In this document: positions 61,379 to 64,000 of the stretch, piece after piece
Numbering within the stretch: the stretch's first letter is position 1
Layout: each line of letters starts with the position of its first letter
Assembly: GCF_001194135.2 (NCBI RefSeq)
Contig: NC_068992.1
Coordinates: forward strand, 55,972,706-56,036,705
DNA from: Octopus bimaculoides
Taxonomy: Eukaryota
DNA length: 64,000 nt
Direction of reading: 5' to 3'
Position numbers and translations under genes: made by a program
The notes under the pieces: generated by a model
What the model saw: the letters and a program-made list of their open reading frames with translations, nothing else
The model's database searches: none
What the model was told of the DNA's origin: nothing

Positions 61379-63176
61379 TGAAGAAGCTTGCTTTGCAACC
61401 ATGGTGATCTGGGTTCAATCCTAATGTGCAGCACCTTGGTCAAGTGTCTTCTATCAAAACTGTAACTCAACAAGTACATTATGAATGGAATTCAGTTGAC
61501 AGAAATCATGCTGAAACTTGTTGCATGTGTATGTATCATCATTGCTATTATTTTCATGTCTGCTTTCCTTGCTGGCATGTGTTGGAAGGGCTATCACAAG
61601 TTAATACTCATTCAGAGTTACTGCCCTCCTAAATGAAATAAAAGACCATGCCTTGCTCATAAGTTCCATTTTTGGTATGGTTTCATAGGCTGGATGCCCT
61701 TACTAACATCAGCAACATTACTGAGTATGCTGAGTACATTTATTGTGGTACCAACAAAAGAGAAACCGTTATACTCTCAGCTAGACTTAAGGCTGGCCGA
61801 CAGCATGAGAAGACACCCAACACTGCATCTGCTCATTTGCCTTCCACTTTATTGAGTGTACAGGGTTATTTTAGATTGGAATCAAAAGATATCAGATGGC
61901 CTTATGCTCCACTAAGCAAAATGTCCTCACTTCCTATGTCTCTCTCTCTCTCTCTACAAGGCAACATGCCTCAAAGAACAAACAGTAAATGAGAGAAGAA
62001 TTAAGGTGAGTGGATGAAGAGAGCAAGCCTATGAAGAGAGAAACATATAGGAGGGGTTCTGGAAAGTGTGTGCGTGTGCAGACAGACAGATAGATAGATA
62101 GATGTATAAGTGTCTAAGTATGACTGTAGTTTTTATCAACATAATGTAACTCAAGAATCTAAGGAGCGGAGTGAAAAGCCATTGAAAACCCAGAATTTTT
62201 TTTCTTTTAACAAAGTCCTTTGTGATATTTGTTCTGCACTGGGTTATACCAATACTCCCTTGTTGCGTCTGCTGTCTGAAATGCAGTGAACCACTTATTG
62301 GCTCCATTGGAAACCTGTAATTGATGATGTTGTTTGTTTGTCAATTGTGATGTAAAATAAATTTTAAAAAATAAATGCACATGGCCAGTTATGACAAAAT
62401 TACATTAACTATGAACAAATATATCTGTACAAAACATTTTCTTTTCTCGGATTTAAATCATGTGACCAGATCTGGAAAATCCATTTGGAATCAGCAAGCA
62501 TATAGAAATGCAGGAATTTCAACAGAGATCAGTGAGAAGCATAACAACAAAAATAATAATAATAATTGTTTCTAATTTAGGTATGGTGGGGATGGTGCAA
62601 ATTTAGGGAGAGGGGGAGTTGGTTGATTAAAATCAACCCCAGTACTTGACTGGTACTTTATTTTATCAACCATACCAGAGGGATGACAGGCAAAAGTCAA
62701 CCTTTGTGGGATTTGAACTCAGAACATGAAGGTCAGAACTACAAAATAATAATAATTTCCTGCATAAGAACATGGCCACAAATTTGGGCAGGAGGGATTT
62801 CCCTTTACCCTAAGTAGATAAATCTTTTGCCTTTTACGAAATAACGAGAATAATAAAAAAAAAAAAAGAAAATTAAAGAATCTCTTACTTTGTTACATTT
62901 GGTACCCATGACAACCAAATTCTTATCCAACCACTGAGATGCAAAAATCTTGTTAAAATATTCCAGAATGAATTCTTTCTCCTTGAACAATTGTGGCATG
63001 TTAAGGGCAGCTTGCCGTTTTGCCAGTTTACGTGCCCGGTCATTAAATAGTCCATATTGGCGGGCCCAGGTGTAACTGTATAAATATGGGGCCTTACTTA
63101 AGTGTTTCTCTCGTGTGAACAGATATTTCTTCAGTGTAGAATTCGATTGAATCTTGGGCTTCTTCGGACTTTCCAT
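41053..63176 (-). CDS. DCAF12: DDB1- and CUL4-associated factor 12 (WDR40A), WD40 CRL4 substrate receptor, 8 coding exons, about 411 aa
   Basis: Exons 63176-62889, 54927-54721, 52655-52595, 50399-50239, 49365-49303, 48538-48379, 44243-44098, 41202-41053 total 1236 nt in frame. Motifs: NKIFASQWL..VVMGTKCNK, CGIHSIEINPSRTYLATG, HKDWIY, YAVGSQAHV, GIRS, FTAGGP...GNYVGIWS*. Confidence 0.95.
42492..42709. mobile_element. piggyBac-type MITE family B
   Basis: ttaatccttttgatacc..ggtaacaaaagggttaa. Confidence 0.75.
42970..43042 (+). pseudogene. tRNA-like unit (tRNA pseudogene or SINE head), anticodon ambiguous (CAG or GCA)
   Basis: A box TGGTGTAAATGG, B box GGTTCAAGTTC; D stem GTGT/GCAC; T stem GTGGG/TCCAC with TTCAAGT loop; acceptor stem only 3/7 paired; T6 at 43052-43057. 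Confidence 0.55.
44098..44243 (-). CDS. DCAF12: DCAF12 exon (GIRSISVRHDVITLGTG...SEGWT)
   Basis: 146 nt, ctctag / ACT|gtaagt. Confidence 0.93.
47094..47302. mobile_element. Tc1/mariner-type MITE
   Basis: TA|CAGGTTGTCCACAAATTAT ... ATAATTTATGGACACTCTG|TA. Confidence 0.7.
47310..47625. repeat. Degenerate 28-bp minisatellite, about 11 units
   Basis: Consensus near gtatagccacagttctgtatatttagat. Confidence 0.8.
48379..48538 (-). CDS. DCAF12: DCAF12 exon (VLQLSLPHFREPVC...KEGNS)
   Basis: 160 nt, gctag / G|gtgaga. Confidence 0.93.
48700..48950 (-). mobile_element. Possible LINE 3' relic
   Basis: GC-rich; frame reads ..LVWSAAFKDLERTGV..AAW; weak resemblance only. Confidence 0.3.
49303..49365 (-). 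CDS. DCAF12: DCAF12 exon (ELALSSLNEYFQTWDMNRTKQ)
   Basis: 63 nt, ttgcag / CAG|gtaatg; aligns to the ELGAVSLDGYFHLW segment. Confidence 0.88.
49430..50190. repeat. Purine-rich composite repeat filling DCAF12 intron 4
   Basis: Recurrent ggcattgag and gagacaga motifs; a 44-bp tandem pair near 49920-50008; cactgaaggtaatgagacagaaagagaaaaa repeated about 143 bp apart. Confidence 0.85.
50239..50399 (-). CDS. DCAF12: DCAF12 exon (GSKDSTIAIWK...YCKGRQ)
   Basis: 161 nt, tgtag / CAG|gtaatt. Confidence 0.93.
51886..52262 (+). mobile_element. tRNA-derived SINE, same family as 21806
   Basis: GGAGGCGCAATGGCCCAGTGG head to GGAGTGCCAACAACAAC tail. Confidence 0.88.
52595..52655 (-). CDS. DCAF12: DCAF12 exon (LAHKDWIYDMTWLTDDTIVT)
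   Basis: 61 nt, cattag / G|gttagt. Confidence 0.93.
53070..53462 (+). mobile_element. 5'-truncated RTE 3'UTR copy with about three 66-bp units and a GAT tail, inserted in a family-B MITE
   Basis: ..GGAAGGGCATCCAGCTGTAGAA..CCATGCTAGCATGGAAAGCGGATGTTAAATGACGACGATGATG; relatives at 1-240, 11640-12035, 37455-37745 (+) and 19255-19330, 23310-23560, 25243-25465, 28990-29545, 41840-42130 (-). Confidence 0.8.
54721..54927 (-). CDS. DCAF12: DCAF12 exon (LIVLDVVTG...DPLCVGE)
   Basis: 207 nt, tgtcag / GAA|gtgagt. Confidence 0.95.
58349..58455 (+). pseudogene. 28S (LSU) rRNA-derived fragment, D2/D3 region
   Basis: GACCCGTCTTGAAACATGGACTGAGGAGTC..GTCATTGG..CCAACAGCACAGGGAAAGCGAA resembles the conserved eukaryotic LSU stretch GACCCGTCTTGAAACACGGACCAAGGAGTC..GTCATTGG..CCAAAGGCGCAGTGAAAGCGAA. 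Confidence 0.78.
59312..59536. mobile_element. piggyBac-type MITE family A
   Basis: ttaactctttagcatt..aatgctaaaggtttaa. Confidence 0.72.
60545..60875 (-). mobile_element. tRNA-derived SINE family C
   Basis: Matches the 23861-24198 copy. Confidence 0.82.
61107..61150 (-). ncRNA. Decayed type I hammerhead ribozyme (Penelope-like LTR relic?)
   Basis: ACAGT-CTGATGA-AGGCT AGCA AGCT-GAAA-C TTTGGT G-TC-ACCAT, with AATAAA about 20 nt downstream. Confidence 0.4.
62889..63176 (-). CDS. DCAF12: DCAF12 exon (MESPKKPK...GTKCNK); acceptor at 63186-63187 implies a further upstream exon
   Basis: ORF track 62805..63212; AAA|gtaaga donor; ttttaattcag acceptor 9 nt before the ATG. Confidence 0.9.
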
Positions 63177-63278
63177 GATTACTCTCTGAATTAAAATAAA
63201 AATTACATACACACAAATATATATACATAGCTATGTCACAGGATTCAAGAGGCAGTGAGAGAATTCGATAAATACATG

Positions 63279-63309
<31 letters not shown>

Positions 63310-63584
63310 CAAATGCTCACGATGTCTGGGACTATAAAAATCTGCAAGACCTTCTTAAGATTTAACCCTTTAGCATTCAGATTATTATTAAATGGAATGC
63401 TTATTTATTCACCTTGTTTTTAACCCTTTGGAGATGGAGCTCTTTCCACAAGCCCTACCGAGGTCATGCACTTATTTTTCAAAAGATATAAAAAATAAAG
63501 TAATATATATGCACAAACATTCATACACACACACAGAGGCAGAGAGACAGACACATAGACAGAGGTAGAGAGGCAGACACAGAT

Positions 63585-63690
63585 AGAATTAGATTCTTCA
63601 CGATGACAATACACTCTGTTGTTACTGAGCTCTCCTTACTAGTGAGTTTCTCACCAAAAACAACATGGCTTCTGCACCTGTGGATATGGT
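63585..63690 (+). mobile_element. Mariner DD34D-region relic
   Basis: ILHDDNT..SEFLTKNNMA resembles LHHDNAP..EFLAKNNM. Confidence 0.55.
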
Positions 63691-64000
63691 TTTGAATAGC
63701 ATTACTGTCGTATAAGTTGATCATTTTCTGCTTGCCATGAAAAACGTATCTGGCCAAGGGGAAAGAGCAACTTGATTGGAAAGAGGCAATGGTTGACAAT
63801 AGGAAGGGTGTCCGGCTGCAGAATATCTGCCTCCACAAATTCCATTCGACCCATGCAAACATTCAAAAACATACATATTCATGCATATACACATGTATAC
63901 ACAAGTACACACACACACACATATATATACAAGAGTTAAGGTACATAAAATCCAAGCTACATGTTTCATAGTGAGTGGAACTTCGGAAGCGGTAAATATC

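Overview
AT-rich eukaryotic genomic DNA, very likely an octopus/coleoid cephalopod. This is inferred from the SINE/RTE/MITE complement and the dense (TA)n/(CA)n/(GA)n microsatellites. There are two assembly gaps (8582-9403, 39965-40070). I reconstructed three spliced genes by hand from GT-AG boundaries and reading phase. (1) The 3' end of ZFR (DZF domain, + strand, 5 visible exons 381-12839); the DZF segment between exons 2 and 3 is missing and probably lies in the first gap. (2) A complete spermidine synthase SRM (- strand, 8 coding exons, 31653-17626, 288 aa), convergent with ZFR. (3) DCAF12/WDR40A (- strand, 8 coding exons, 63176-41053, about 411 aa). Most of the supplied ORF track is spurious (microsatellites, SINEs, N runs). 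Introns and intergenic DNA are a mosaic of tRNA-derived SINEs, RTE/CR1 LINE relics, mariner relics and piggyBac/hAT/Tc1-type MITEs, often nested. The most interesting unexplained signal is a set of four dispersed type-I hammerhead-ribozyme-like motifs. One is nearly intact (17951-18022, about 1.9 kb past the putative ZFR polyA site). One catalytic core sits inside an inverted repeat just upstream of SRM (32489-32521). Two are decayed copies in DCAF12 intron 1. Also notable: a 28S rRNA-derived fragment, a tRNA-like unit with a tandem partial duplication, and a 66-bp hairpin VNTR in an RTE 3'UTR. No prokaryotic-type system (CRISPR, operon) is present. All calls are by eye; no database search or folding program was run.
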